From: Camelus dromedarius
Taxonomy: Eukaryota
Assembly (NCBI RefSeq): GCF_036321535.1
Contig: NC_087436.1
Span: forward strand, 55,492,001 to 55,556,000
Direction: 5' to 3'
Length of the DNA: 64,000 bases
This document shows, piece after piece, positions 11,481 to 24,935 of this stretch. The first letter of the stretch is position 1; every line of letters starts with the position of its first letter. The notes beneath the pieces were generated by a model. That model worked only from the letters and a program-made list of their open reading frames with translations, was not told where the DNA came from and ran no database searches. A program made the translations under genes and the position numbers.

Positions 11481-12999
11481 CCGTTGTATCCACAAAGTCT
11501 GGATGGATATATTAATTTTTAACTTATAAGTGCTTAGTTCTATGTATATTGAAGATGTCTGGAATGAAATTCATATTCTTCACACAGTATTTTTGAAAGG
11601 TCAGGATCAAATTAAACAAGTAGCCAGCAGGAAAGGTGAGAGCTAAATTATAAACTAGGAAGGAGCTTTTAGCTGCACCTTTAAATTTCATTTTGAAATG
11701 TGCAGCTGCCCAAGTAGGAAGCAAATTGAAATAATATGGCTTCTTTTCATCTTAAAAGAAAAAAATTAGCTTTCAAAAAAATTTTTTCTAGTTTATAACC
11801 TTAGAAATAATTTACCATATGTAAAAAATATTAAATAACAATGTCCTTAATATCTGCAAAAAATGCAGAAAGCACCATCATGCAGCTATATATTGGTAAA
11901 ACTGGAAAGCTAATGAGAGAATCAACTGCAATAAATCAGTGCTAAGGAGAAGTAAGCCCAAGTGCATTGTTTCCTTGTGCTGTAGCTTCAACCTACCTGG
12001 ATAAATGAATTGGTAACCTGTTTTTAGACCAATATGAATGAGAACCATTTGTCCCAACCATATTTTGCCTGGAGCTAAACAGTAGTCATTGCAAGATTGA
12101 GCTTTCGGGCAAGGACCTGGCACACATGTATCTATGTTGATGATTGAAAAGATACCAGATGGTCTGGCAGCAAGGTTACATTCTGTTATGGAAATTAAGG
12201 AGTTGAATTATATTCTTGCCCACTTGGAGGATTATCCTCTGTCCACATGGAGGTAAACAGTAGGGGACCTAGGGCAGAACCAATGTTTAGAAAGAGCTTT
12301 TACTCTCTATCAACTGAAAACATTTCTCTGTTGTATCTTAAAAGCCGTCTCAGCAAGACTGGCACTGGCTGCCCAGAAGTCTAGCTTAAGAAGAATTCTG
12401 AGATAGTTTCAGTATCCTGTGACAAAAACTGTGATGACTTATTAGTAAAATGTGCCACGGACAAGGGAGCAAGCATGCTATTTATCTGTTAACCACGATT
12501 TCATCCCATGGAGGTGGACAAGGCACAGCTTGGGAAGTCTCTGACTGAGATCATTTTTGGAAGAGGTCAAATCTCAATTGGCTTCTCTAGAACATATGAT
12601 TGTGAGTAGCACGGCCTCCTTTCAAGTTCATAAGATACAAATTATGTCCTTAGGGACCCTTGATGGAATTATTTACTGTGGCTCGTGTAAAGTTAGATGA
12701 TGCCAATTGCAAATTTAGTTTTAGCCTAGCTGCTACAGAATTGATAGTCTCTGGGAATCACATCCAACTTGTTTGGCTGCTTAAGAAAGATTCCGTTTTC
12801 TGAGAGTGCAATTATGTCATTTGGGAAGAAGAAAATGTCTGCCTCTCTGATTCCATTTAATGGTAGGAGGGTAGAGTATGTGGTTTCCATCAAATTATTT
12901 AAAAGTGCTAAGTGACCGTATTCAGGTGTATGTGCATATGTATTAAGAAGGTTAAATACATCCCCATGTTAGTCCGTTAGTGATAAGTATTTCATCTTG

Positions 13000-13292
13000 T
13001 CAATGAGGAGTTTTCTAAATACCCCCTCCCTATTTGAAATGGTGACTCCACATTGCTGCTACTCTGACTTCCATATTCAGCTTCCCTACTTAATTTTTCC
13101 AAATAGCACTAATCATCATTTTCAATATACTGCATAACTTACATATCTACCTTGTTAATTGATTTTCCCTCCCCATGATACGGTAAGGCATGGATTTCAG
13201 CCTACTCTGTTCACTTCCACAAGCCAAGTGTAGAACAGTAGTGTGACACCCACTAAGGAGTCGGCAAATAAATGGCTGTTGACTAAATTAAT
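13000..13292 (+). mobile_element. L2 3' end
   Basis: atagcactaatcatc...ctgttcacttcc...tagaacagtag...aataaatggctgttgactaaattaat, the L2a terminal pattern. Confidence 0.7.
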
Positions 13293-14139
13293 AAATACAC
13301 CCACCAATAGATGCTTTCTGTCCATTCTGAGTCTATAGTTATACTGATTTATATTGACTTAAAGAATAAATAAGATTGAGATCGTGTGGAAGTCACATGG
13401 CTTGACCCAGACATAGGTCCTATTAATATGGAATGTGAGGAGGCAAATGATAGAACAATACACAGTAGGATGAAAACGTTAGGTTGTTTTTAACTGCTTT
13501 TTTAAAAGATAAAATAGAGTACTCACGGAGATCATTCATTCTATAGAATACTGAAAGTACATCTCCCTGAATTTCAATCATGATGAATACTTCTGCTTTC
13601 TTCAAAACTCTTCAGAGATTATAAAAAAAACCCCACACTTTTGTCCTGAAATTCATTGTCTTCTCCTTCCCTGACATTTGCTCCTCAACAAACGTTGCAA
13701 CCTCATTTCTGTTGCTACAGCATCTTATTCTGCTCTCTACTACTACATTTATTTCTCCTATGTATTTCAGCACAGATGAATTATGCTAAAATAAAAGTCC
13801 CTAATGATCAAATACTATTAAAGCTTGAACTGATATCGACAGGATGTTGAGTTCATCCACACCCTTTCATATCCTGGAAGAATTTTAAATGGAGTCCATT
13901 TGCTTGAGGAACCAGAACTAGATAAAATGGTTTCACTAGCTATTATGTATTAAGCTTAACTGATTCCACAGTTACTGGTATTACATGGTACAACGGCATA
14001 ATAACCGCTGCATCTTCCTGTGACAAAGGAAAAATGCATAGGTTCCCTGGTCAGCCATGGAAACAAAGGGTTTGATGAGAAATTCATTTCTTCCAAAGAA
14101 GGAGGTGACAACTGATTAAAAAAAAATTTTCAATGTGTT

Positions 14140-14275
14140 TATTGCTTGTCCCCCAATTCCTGCACAATGGACTATAAACTCTATGAGGGAAGCATCATGA
14201 TCTGTTTTCTTTGCTATTAGATACCCAGGAACTAGCACAGTGCGTAGCTGAGGATGCTTATTGAATACTCATGAC
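14140..14275 (+). mobile_element. L2 3' end
   Basis: gactataaactctatgagggaag...cccaggaactagcacagtgc...atgcttattgaat. Confidence 0.7.
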
Positions 14276-14957
14276 TATCGGGTTAAGGCAGATAACTTTA
14301 GTTAATAAGGAAATTACCAATAATTTATTGTGCATTCTTCCAAGGAGTCTAATAAAGGGATTTTAATGTCTTCTCTAGACTATTAAAATTATCATTTGTT
14401 GCCTTCATAGTCCACAGCATGGTCCATGTGTGAGGCACAGGGAGAAATAAACTCTATGTGTTGAAGACCATGGCTTTATTTTCCAAATGCTCTCATATAG
14501 GATCATGGAGGACCTATAAAGGCGACAGGTATCTGACTTTGTTCTTAGAGGCTGTTGTTGTGGCTGCTTTTTTCTTTTCTTCTCATCAAGTAGCAAATGG
14601 TAGAGAAGAATAGTCAGACATATGCAAGTCTGTGAAACTTTAGAGTCCGCTTAGGTCCAAATGACGAATTCCACTTTGGTCCTAGGATGTTTCTGGACAC
14701 ATTTAGTGTGAGGTTGCGTTAGGAATGCACTCCTGCACCTGCCTGCTACACTGGCATCTTTATAGTCATTAAAGGTAAAATATGAAAATTTTCATTTATA
14801 GTCATTAGATAAACGTACTATATTTCTAAAATGAAATTTGAGCTATGCTCTGTTCAATGTTTAAAGAAAAATGTTAAGAGAAGAAATGTCAGAGGAGGCT
14901 ACACAGATAAAGTGCTGAAAAGCAGCTAGCAAATCGGCATCTGAAAAAGTAGTGATG

Positions 14958-15195
14958 GTAATAATTACATTTAGAGTTTACCATACGCTAGGCATCATTC
15001 TGAACACTTCACATAAATGAACTAATCCTACAACATCTTTCTAAGGCAGATACTGGTATTGTATTCCCTTAGCTACAGAAGAAACTGAGACAGATGGAGG
15101 TTGAATGATTTTCCCAAAGTTACACAGCCAATACATGCTATAGCCTGGACTTGAACCCAGGCAGAAGATACAAAACCTATGTTTTAACCGCTGTT
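14958..15195 (-). mobile_element. MIR SINE
   Basis: MIR core in antisense: acagaagaaactgagacaga...ttcccaaagttacacagc...gacttgaacccaggcag. Confidence 0.85.
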
Positions 15196-15329
15196 AATCA
15201 GTGTCATAAATGGGCAATCTTTGTTAAAACAGAAGGTTGATATCCCTGTAGTGATCCATGTTCACATTCCGATCAGTATCTGTTTCTATCTCTATCTCTG
15301 TAAATAAGTAGATAAATTAATTGATACGA

Positions 15330-15832
15330 TATTTGTTAAAGAGTGGCCTACAGTCCACCTACCTCAGAGTCACCTGAGGATTGCAGGTTCCTGAACTTCA
15401 TCCCACATTGTATATGGGGGTGGATTTAAGAGATCTATGTTAAAAAATCAATCCCCCTCATTTATATAAAGGTCTAGCCCTGAAAATCTATGTAGTAATG
15501 GATACACACATATTTTATTCATTCAATAAATATTGAGTATATGCATTCATATTAGGTAAACTACTGTGTGCATTCATATTAGGTAAACCCTAAACCAGAG
15601 CTGTGGGGTGATTAACACAGAGATCCAGACAGTGGTTACATCTGGTGAGGAGAGAGCGTGATGCCATAAGATGATCACACAGAGGAGCTTCTAATGATCT
15701 GTTTCTTAAGCTGGGTTTGGATTAAAAAGTATTTCTTTTTTTTTTAAATCATTTTAAGTTAAAAGTAAAAAACATATGACTAAATAAATTTTCCAGGTAA
15801 TTTCTATGCAGACTAAAGTTTGAGAGCTTCTG
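15330..15832. mobile_element. MER5-type hAT element interrupted by an old L1 fragment (~15500-15760)
   Basis: cagagtcacctgagg...gcaggttcctg...ggggtgg on the left and ccaggtaatttctatgcagactaaagtttgagagcttctg on the right. The inner part has the L1 3' UTR motif agtggttacatctgg...gtttcttaagctggg. Confidence 0.6.
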
Positions 15833-16034
15833 TTTTGGTCAATGCAGAGAACTTTCTCTTAGAGGAAAAGCATATTTGATTTGCCCTTATCTAGAAAGTT
15901 AAGAAAAATGCTTGCACTTTATTTCTGTTTAGGTGCTCACCATATTAATTTGGCAAATTCACATATTTAGGTGGACAGCTTCAATCCGAAAACATTTCGT
16001 TTTTTCCCTAAAACAGATAGCCTTGCATAATGCT

Positions 16035-16140
16035 ATGATTGTTCATTTATTCATTCATTCAAAAAAAAATCAACAAAGTGCCACCATATTCCAGGCACTG
16101 TTCAAGGCAACAGGAACAGTATTAACAAGACAGGCAAGTC
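16035..16140 (-). mobile_element. L2 3' end
   Basis: ttcatttattcattcattc...ccaggcactgttcaagg...aacaagacaggcaagtc. Confidence 0.7.
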
Positions 16141-16505
16141 TTTGAGATAACTCTTAAGTCATATTTATATACAATGCATGTAGACAAATGAATTATTTGT
16201 ATAGAAAACATGAAACATCACAATGTCCGAATGAATGTATAGGTTGTATTTATTATGGTGCAGGCATTCTTCTATACAACAGAGTAGCTTATTTCCTGAA
16301 GTTATTTCTTATGTAACTTTATTTCATTTACACAGTGCTATTTCTCCCATGATATCTTACAAGTTATATTTTCAGAAGCCACTTCAATCCTCTTTTGAAA
16401 GTGAGACCTTATCTCAAGTGAGATACAGCTGCTGCTTCACAGAATCATCATAGTACAGGACAGGAAACCAAGGAGACCTTCATTTCAGATAAACACATAA
16501 TACAT

Positions 16506-19500
16506 TCATTGAAATGGGTCACGCGCTACATGGAGAATCCTTTTATGGCAACATCGTCTCAGTGCTGCCAAATGCAAACAACGAGAAGAAACAGGCCTAT
16601 AGCAAGTAGTAGCTTTGGAACTTCTTATGTCAGTGCATTTAAAGTCTTAACTAGACTTGGTATTAAAAATGTCTAAATTAGTATCTCTAGAAAGAATCAA
16701 AACTTCCATAAAGTACGTAGTAATGCGTTTAAATTAACAAAGGGAAAAGAAAGGAGAAAAAGATAAAATGCACGTTAAAGTCTATTAAAATCATTCTACT
16801 TAAACAGAAACTTTTATGGCATTGGATAGAAAACACGTGCCTTCTCAGACTTATAAGAATACTTCTTATGACTTGTTTGTTAAGTGTTTGGGCCACAGCA
16901 TGATTTTTCATGTACTGCATATGCTTTCTATATTCCCTGGCACTGGATCCTGCACAGTTTCACCTGCTGATAGTTGATAAAGTCTGCATTACACATGTAC
17001 AGTATAGAATTCTGACTTGGCATTTACTTACATACTGACTGCAAACACAGTTGCTCACAAAATTTGATAGATTCTAAAATCAATACACCACACCCTTGAA
17101 ATCTTTTGTGGATGGAGCGATAAATGGGAAAAAACAGTGAAAGATGTTTAAATAACTTTTAAAAAAGATTTTTGAAACTGTTCTTCTGTTTAAAGCAATA
17201 AATGCATGTAGATATAGGTGTTGACTTATATGTAATCATTTCTTCCTGAATTCTTCCAAAAAGTTCGAGGCACTTACAGAATGAACAAGATACTGTCATT
17301 CATATTGATGCTGCAAATTTAAGGAACTCATTTTCAAACAAGTAAACAGAGTTGATTCATCAAAAATTTAGGAATATTGCATCATTTAAAAAATATAATA
17401 CTGATTACTTACTACTATATATATATATGTATGTGTGTATATATATATATATATGATGTCCTAATAGCTTTCACATACATTACTTCATTTGATGATCATA
17501 ATAATTGTTTCATATTCTTATGATATGAACTTTACATATAAAGAAATTAAGTCCAAGAACAGAAAGGTTACAGTTAGATAATAAACAGTCGCATATGTAA
17601 ACACAAGACTTTGGTTCCTAAGTAGTTAGATCCAGAGGGAAGATAATCAGAAAAGTCTAATATACAAATTATTGAAAAAAGAAATTAGTTTTTCCCCTAA
17701 AATTATGATTGATTATTATAATTAATATCAAATTACTGAAGTCACTATTTGACGCTTCATAGGAGAGTGATATGATACAGATTACAGGTGATAGTATCTG
17801 GCAAAACACCCCAGAAAAATCTGCACTTTGTCTTTGGCCCCTGCTAGTTATTCTGGGATGAGGAAAGCATGCTGTCAGATCAAAGGCAGGATAAAAAGTG
17901 CAAGCAATGTTCTCCACAGAGATCCTTTCATACAGTAAGAGTTTAAGTTTCTGACTAGAGCAGGTATCATATTGAAGATAATGAATTAATTTTAAGACAA
18001 ATCGTTAAAAATGAACCTCATTTTCTAAATAACTTCTTTCCAAAGAGATTCATGGGCCAAATTCGTACAGGGAAATTTCAAACGTATTTGGAAAACATAA
18101 ACCCTGAAGTGTCATCTATCCATGTATTACCATTATTCTCTTGATTAAATGATTTGCCTTAATAATCCCCTCTTACAATAAAAAATTCATCTTTCTACAT
18201 ATTATAAACATTCTGTAGTAGATTAAAATTATTATAGCTATTAAGCCCTTCAAAAGCATTATGCAAATTCCCCTTCAACGATAACGGTATTTCACACAGC
18301 TAGGAGCAATGAAGGATGGGATTGTTTTGTTTTAAGGAAAGAATGTGACATTATTATTACTATTTTACAGATAAATACAAGTAAGATGTGAATGCCATTC
18401 TGTCTTGTAGTTGTGGGTATCAGGATTATAGTTAGTGAGCACTCTATAGGGCTGTTCACTTGGCATTATTGCAAACTAAAAATATGCCTGGGTGCCAACT
18501 AATACCAATTAATTATCTAAGTGACTCTAACACTGTAAAAAAGCACACAAGTGAGTCTTTTGTTCCCAACAAGTACTTGTCTCTGGCTTTTAATGTAATA
18601 ATACACCCTGAAGACCTGTTAGATTTTTCATCTGAAATGACCAGATGTTCAGATGAGTATGTTTTACTATTTTTAGGACTATGAAATCTGCTTTTCTTCC
18701 AACTGAAATGTCACTATAATATGTATTACTCTTTCCTAATATTTAGCTGTAGGACCACTTATCCAAAAATTGATTTGTGATCTTTGGATAACAATTCAGA
18801 GGGCATATTATTTCTTCAGGTGCTATTGAAACATAAAACGGCTTCTGTATAGAAGCATCCATTTACATATTTATTCTTTCTTTTATACCCTCCTGTCTCT
18901 GACTACTTTCTTTACTCCCAGTAAGTTTATATCCAAGAATCCATGTCTTTATCCCCGAGTGTGTCATTTTATTTTTATTTTCTTTTAATTTTGTTCCAAC
19001 AAAATCATTGTGTGTTTGTTCTTGGTATCCCCACTCCAAGGAAGATACTCTTCACACAGTAGTTCTGCTCTTATGTTAAAGCCTAATCAAAACATTTTCT
19101 ATGCTTTGCAATTAAAAAGTTTCCTCCTGGAAATGTTTTTTGAGGTCCCCACTAAATCTTTCAAAATGTTAGAAATAAATACGAATATTCTTTTCATTTT
19201 AAAAGGAGTAAAGTTGACTTTACTTAGGAATATTTAAATAATTATTAACAAGCAGAAATATTAAGTATTTTTCTACTATATCTGTTGGAGGAGTGTAGAA
19301 TTCTAAGAAGTGACTTCTCTCCTGAATATCTTTAGACCAAGACTCAGTGTGTGTTTGAGGGTCTCGTTTTGACAGAACAGATAATTTTACAAACCTTCCC
19401 AGATCCTATCCAAAATACAGATTTATTTTCTATGGTCTAAGATAGGTTCATAGAAGGTGTTTTGTGAATCTACAGTTAGCAGACAACGCTGTCTCAACTC

Positions 19501-20803
19501 ATGTAAGCAATAAGGAATACTTTGCTGCATAACATGCCGGAGATCTCCTGACTTTTTAATTTACTCCTCTTACTTACTCGGAGTGGAGGTTTAGAGGTAG
19601 GACCAGCACCGTCAGAAGGCTCAATAATCTTTTCCGGGACACATTTCCTTCCATATCTCTGCCCTCTGGCCTCAGTCTGAGCCTCATCCTGAGTCTGACT
19701 GATCTCTTCTTGGCAAGGTGGCTGTGGCAGTTAGAGGTCCAGACACCCTGTGGTAGAAGAAAGGTCTCTTCTTTCCTGTGTCAGTAATCCTTACCAAGGA
19801 CTACCCTCAACAGACTTCTCCTCATAGCTCATAGATCATATTGGTCATAGAGCCACACCTAAACTCATCCCTGAGAAGGGGAGACCACCATGACTCACTT
19901 CAAGCCATCAGGTTACCTGGTAAAACAAAATCGGAGCTCTGGTTTTGACATTGAGACATTTTGAACATTGAAATAAAATCAGGCTCTGCCATCATGGCGC
20001 AGGGACAATACTACTGAGTAGACAGCCAACTGATGCTCCAGGCCAGTTTGTCTATCCAGGAGATAGTCACATCCGTCTTTCTACAAACACATTTGAAAAA
20101 ATTGGTCTAGATAAAAGTAAAGCAAAGAAGCACAAAGGAGAGGGAAGGACTCCTAAGTCTCATCAAGATGGCAAGTTAAAAAGAAGGCACAGATTCTCTT
20201 CCCAAGACATTTTCAAAAAGTACAGCTTGTAGTTTGGGATACCCTGGGAAATGATTAATTGGCAATTTGATTCATTTTGGTACCAGAAGAAATAATTTAC
20301 CATTAACTCCCTGGTGCTCTGAAGGAGTTAATTTTCATCACACGGATGAGCACTTTATTCCCGGAGAGTATTTTACTCACTCTGCCTGGTCGTGGAAAGA
20401 GACTGAATTCAAGGAAATATTGAACCATTTGGAAAGAACATTAGACTGAATTAAACACTCTCTGTGCTCACCCATGTGATGCAAATTAGTTAATTGTATT
20501 CTTTTAGTCTGTTTGCCAAGAAGCACAAGAAAGAAGAATATGTACTACCAATTTAATTCCATAGTTAACCAATGATATTTATTAAGCAACTACTGTTTGC
20601 AGAGAACTGTTCTTGCAATGGTGATAGTCAAAAAGGAAAACCATATTCATACAGAGACAAGTTGGATAAAAGTCCGTCGAACTGCGGCTTTCTCAGTCTG
20701 TCTGTAAAATTAAACCCAGCAAAGCCTTATATATAATTATTTCATAGCAGAACTGGTAGACAGGCCGCACAGTAAAGGAAGAAGCAAATACATACCTTGC
20801 CAT
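16506..20803 (-). CDS. Hypothetical spliced small ORF (59 aa); coding parts 20803-20796, 20701-20653, 20402-20381, 17073-17032, 16564-16506
   Basis: All junctions are GT-AG and the joined frame is open: MARQTEKAAVRRTFIQLVSSLSTTRQKSIKFCEQLCLQSVSLRRCCHKRILHVARDPFQ*. ATG context is GtgATGG. No homolog recognised; these may be pseudo-exons. Confidence 0.2.
17417..17454. repeat. Compound (TA)n/(TG)n microsatellite
   Basis: tatatatatatatgtatgtgtgtatatatatatatatat. Confidence 0.9.
19465..20040 (-). mobile_element. Old MaLR solo LTR (MLT1J/K-like)
   Basis: ctcaactcatgtaagcaataaggaat...ggcaaggtggctgtggcag...cagacttctcctcat...cacacctaaact...aaaatcaggctctg...ctgagtagacagcc follows the antisense MLT1J/K layout. 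Confidence 0.65.
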
Positions 20804-22744
20804 CACTTATAAACCTTAACCAATAATTTTTTAAAGTATTTTTTAACACTTCAGCTTCCTGTCTCACCCCACTCCAGTTCATCCCTCTGAAAGCTGGATA
20901 CTAAACATTATTTACTTTATAATAAGTTGATAATTATCATTTGCATATATAATATAATGTGCTTATTCTGTTTTCTCATATAGTGACACCTTAAATGTTG
21001 AGATTTATCAACAATATATCATTTTCAATTTTGTAAAAGAAGGAACAGTAAGAAAATGAAGTGAAAAAAAGTTGATGTGGCAAAAAATATATATACAGTA
21101 ATAGTACCGTTTTCTTTTCATATAGATAAATGCATCCAATACCACATTGTAGAAAAATTCAATATTTTAAGTAGGTTACAATCAGTTTTACCTACAATTT
21201 CATTAAAAATAGGCAAATATCATTTTATATGCTATATGGAGAAGATATAATTTCCTTTGGTCAAATCAACTGTCTTTGATTCAAATAGTAATACTAATTT
21301 GGCAACAAGAGGTGGTACACTCAGTGTAAATAAAAGTTTTATTTGTTTCTCATGTTAAATCAATAGGACAAGCTTCTTTAGCACAGCATCCCCCCAACCC
21401 CCATGCTCTATAAGCACGCTCAGTGCTCTACAACCTGCCATTGCCTGACGCCATTAGACATTCCTTGGGATTGGCATAGGAGCCATTTGCATGCTACAGA
21501 GTAAAGCACTAAGAAAGAATTTATGGAGATTGAAATGTGAGCTAAATTGAGAGCATAATTCCAAGCAGATGATTTCAGTTAATTAAAACTAGTAGTACAG
21601 GTTCCATATAAATGGGTGCTGGTAATTTCCAGAATATATGAGGACATCTACTGAACTATACATTTTATCACAGTCTAATAAGCTGTGATAAAATGCTTTA
21701 ACTACTAGGAGGATTTATGGAACCAACTGTGTTTATCAGATTGATAGTCAACTCTGACAAACTGACAGAGGGCCCAGTTTAGTTTATCCATGCCCTTACT
21801 TGTCTTTATCTTCCTTTCTACTTACCCCTAAGCTCACTATATCCTCCATCAGAGGAATACTCAGTTGCTTTTAAAGTTTTTGCCTTGGCTGAATGGAAGC
21901 CTAGTAAATGTGCTGAGACTAGGCTGGAGAGTTTTATTCCTGGACATACAAGAAGAAACTAATCATTAATCTCCAAAGCTCAATGGGTAACGAGACACCA
22001 CCAATCAACTTACTGAGTGTTTGGTAGTGTTCCTGCCTTTGTATCCATCTTATCTGGTTGGCTATATCAACAAAGAGATATTACTAAGATCAGCCATTTT
22101 GTAGGTTGCAACATCTGCTAGATAATAATTTATTTTTCCCAGTTTGAAACCATTTGCTTCATTTTCTACTATGAACCTTATTAGAGCATCAACTAGGAAT
22201 ATGAATATAGTGCCATTGGTGATGGGTACCCTCTCCCGTCTTCTCTGTTGTTAAATGGGGTCATAAAATACCCCAAATGATGTTTAACTCTGGTCATACA
22301 ACCCCTACAAGTTTGTGCAAAATTATATTCAGGACCCAAAGAGTTTGGATTACGAAGCTGAGCCCTGAAACCTTCTAATACTGGCAATATGAGACCTCAC
22401 ACTTTATTTGATTATATGTGTTACATATTTTAGCATGCTTTTATTTGAGTAGATCTGAAACTATTTCTTGAGGAAAAGTTGGCTGTCAAGAGGTCCCTCT
22501 TATGTCTCATCTCCATGCAGAAATCCAGTAATGAATATTCAGTTTACTTCTCAGTCTTAATGAAACAATAACAACCTTTCCAGTAGTACATATGATAACC
22601 CACATAGAATCTTTATTTTCTAAGGTCTTACTAGGAGATGCCTCTTTGATAGATTGTATATAATTTGGCCATAAAGCAAGTACTTAATGAAAGTTTGGAA
22701 TAGGTTGTAATTATAATAATAATTAATAATTAAATAATATTGTT

Positions 22745-23040
22745 ATAATAATAAATATTTATCAAGCTAAGCACTATATATGTGTTATATATATAATCTT
22801 GTTTCTCATAACAATACTACAAAGTCTAATATGAGTAAATAGTATGTATTAAACTCTTATTCTCTGCCAGAACACCCAGATCTGGTTTGTTTTGGGTTTT
22901 TTTAGTATTAACTTACCAAATTTTTAATAAGCTAACATTTAATATGAAGTAAGTACTCTTCACTTCCTCTTTACAAATGAGGAAACCAAAGCTTACAAAG
23001 TTACGTGCATTGCACGCTATCTGCTCTAAACTCTGGGATA
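22745..23040 (-). mobile_element. Fragmented MIR
   Basis: ttacaaatgaggaaaccaaagct core plus upstream ctcataacaatact; interrupted and diverged. Confidence 0.5.
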
Positions 23041-23714
23041 TATTCACTCAGTGTCGACAATCCCAGGCAGCATATACAACAGCCATACTCTTCAATCAGT
23101 TTGGTTATTTGAGTCCCCTTTCCCCTCCCTTCAGTGATCAAAGTAGTGACACCAACAACCTACCTCCCCTGATATCTCACTCTTGGTCTCAAAGCAGGAT
23201 ATTCCCAGTGTGTGGGCATCTTTGTCTATGATGAATGTGACCACAGCTAAACACAGATTAGGAAATACTGATGGAGCATCAACTGCCTGTGGTCACTTCA
23301 GTACTTACTTTAGTAATTTAGTAACTTATTTAGTGGAGGAAACCATGGAGGCACATGTCTCCATCTGAATAAGCAGAGCATTCATGACAATAGTACCAGT
23401 CTGCGTTCAGGCTGATTCCTTTGTTTTCTCTTCACTGCACCTCACTTACTTTATCTTAAGTAGGGGTCTGTTCATGGTTGAACCATCTTCCCTAAGACTG
23501 ACATATTAAAATATGTGAGGGACAGAGGTGGCACTTATCAGCATTAATAACTGGCCTGGTTTTATTGATAATTAAAAGCTTAGGAGCATTAGGAAAAAAA
23601 TGGAATGTTTGCTTAATGAATTCTAGTTTCATTGGGAACCTAAATATTGTTAACTTTCTTACAAGCCTTCCTTCCACTTTTCCAAATTGAAAAGAATAAT
23701 TTATGTAAGAAACC

Positions 23715-23965
23715 TGTTGTGGTGGAGTGGTTGTAAGTGCAAATTCTTAACTCAAAATGCTTATTCATGAATCCTGTTTCCATTATTTATTAGCTATATG
23801 AACTTGGGAATTCACTTAACTTACTCCTGTGTCAGGTTTTTCATCTATAATGCAGAGGAAATAATACGATTTATGTCATAAGATTTCTGTGATGAGTTAA
23901 AGCATGAAAGAATTTAGAGCTGTACTTGGCACATGCAGAATGCTCAATAAATATTAGTTCAATAA
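23715..23965 (+). mobile_element. MIR SINE
   Basis: gaatcctgtttcc...tagctatatgaacttggg...cacttaac...gtcaggtttttcatctataat...tggcacat...ctcaataaatattag. Confidence 0.85.
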
Positions 23966-24039
23966 TAATGATATGATTCTTAATTCAGAATGACTTTTTC
24001 ATCAGATACTACTGATTAGTCAAAGTTACATGATGTGAT

Positions 24040-24308
24040 GGGAAGGAACTCAAGTCCTTAGTCCCATAGCCTCAAGGAACTGAATTCTGCCAAGGACGTG
24101 AGTGAGCTTTGAATGGACCCTCTGCCGGTAGAGCCTTAAGTGAGACAGCAGACCATGGCTGGTACCTTGATCACAGCATCAGGACACCCTGAAAAGAGCC
24201 CCGTTTATCCATACCCAGAGCCCTGGCTCATAGAATATGTAACATAATAGAAATGTGTCATCTTTTAGATAACTAAGGCGGTTACACAGCATTACATAGC
24301 TCGTCACA
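24040..24308 (+). mobile_element. MaLR LTR 3' half (MLT1D/E-like)
   Basis: caaggaactgaattctgccaa...gtgagtgagctt...tagagcct...accttgatcacagc...gttacacagca. Confidence 0.8.
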
Positions 24309-24779
24309 GGCAGTGGAGAAGTGGAGTTATTAAGAGATTTCTAGTTTGAGAGTCTACATTTCTAACTATGTTAAAGTTGAGATATTATTTGCTATATGGA
24401 AGTCAGATGGTCTGGTGCTAAACAAGGACAATTTGACTCGGCGGTCGTGGTGAACATTTACAGAGCAGTTTCAGCAAGTCAGCAGGCTTTGAACCAGATT
24501 CAGTGGGTCAAAATGAACCAGAGTTTAAGAACTAGTGACTGAAAGTCATAGAGATGACTGTTCAAAAAAAAAAAAAAAAAAAACTTTCTTCACTAAAATA
24601 AAAAAAAAAAAAGAAAGAAATAAGTAGCCAGAAGGAAATATAGAGTTGAAGGCACATTATCTTATGGTGAAGTAAGAAAAGGGAGTAAATAACTTAGAGA
24701 AAAGAAGAAAAGAAGAAAATGACTGTATTTGTTCATGGAGAGAACAAAACCTCTTAAAGGCATAGATTTAGAGCAGAAG

Positions 24780-24935
24780 AGGCAGTTAATCCTCCACATC
24801 TGAAAAATTGGGTAAAAGCAATACTTATATCACATATATATAGTTGTTAGGGAAATATAACAAGACAATTAATATAAAGCTTTCAGCACAGTGTCTAACC
24901 TGTAACAAACAATAAAAAATATTAGCTACTAAGTT
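24780..24935 (+). mobile_element. MIR fragment
   Basis: catctgaaaaattggg...agttgttaggga...tataaagctttcagcacagtgtct...aaatattagctact. Confidence 0.7.

Noticed and set aside
12101..12256. Open frame AFGQGPGTHVSML... resembling an antigen-receptor J motif
   Set aside because: Not a true FGxGT J segment; no recombination signal sequence or suitably placed donor seen.
15542..15588. 20-bp direct repeat tgcattcatattaggtaaac with 27-bp period
   Set aside because: Two-copy local duplication inside an old L1 fragment; not an array and no sign of function.
16909..16983. Alternative last exon directly after 17032 on the minus strand
   Set aside because: The implied intron is only 48 nt, too short for normal mammalian splicing.
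17032..20803. Loose resemblance of the hypothetical peptide to phospholamban (AVRR...RQK..I.FC)
   Set aside because: Phospholamban is encoded by one coding exon and has a hydrophobic transmembrane helix that is absent here; most likely coincidence.
21900..22700. Possible degraded viral or transposase coding sequence
   Set aside because: The frames I translated were interrupted and showed no RT, integrase or transposase motifs.
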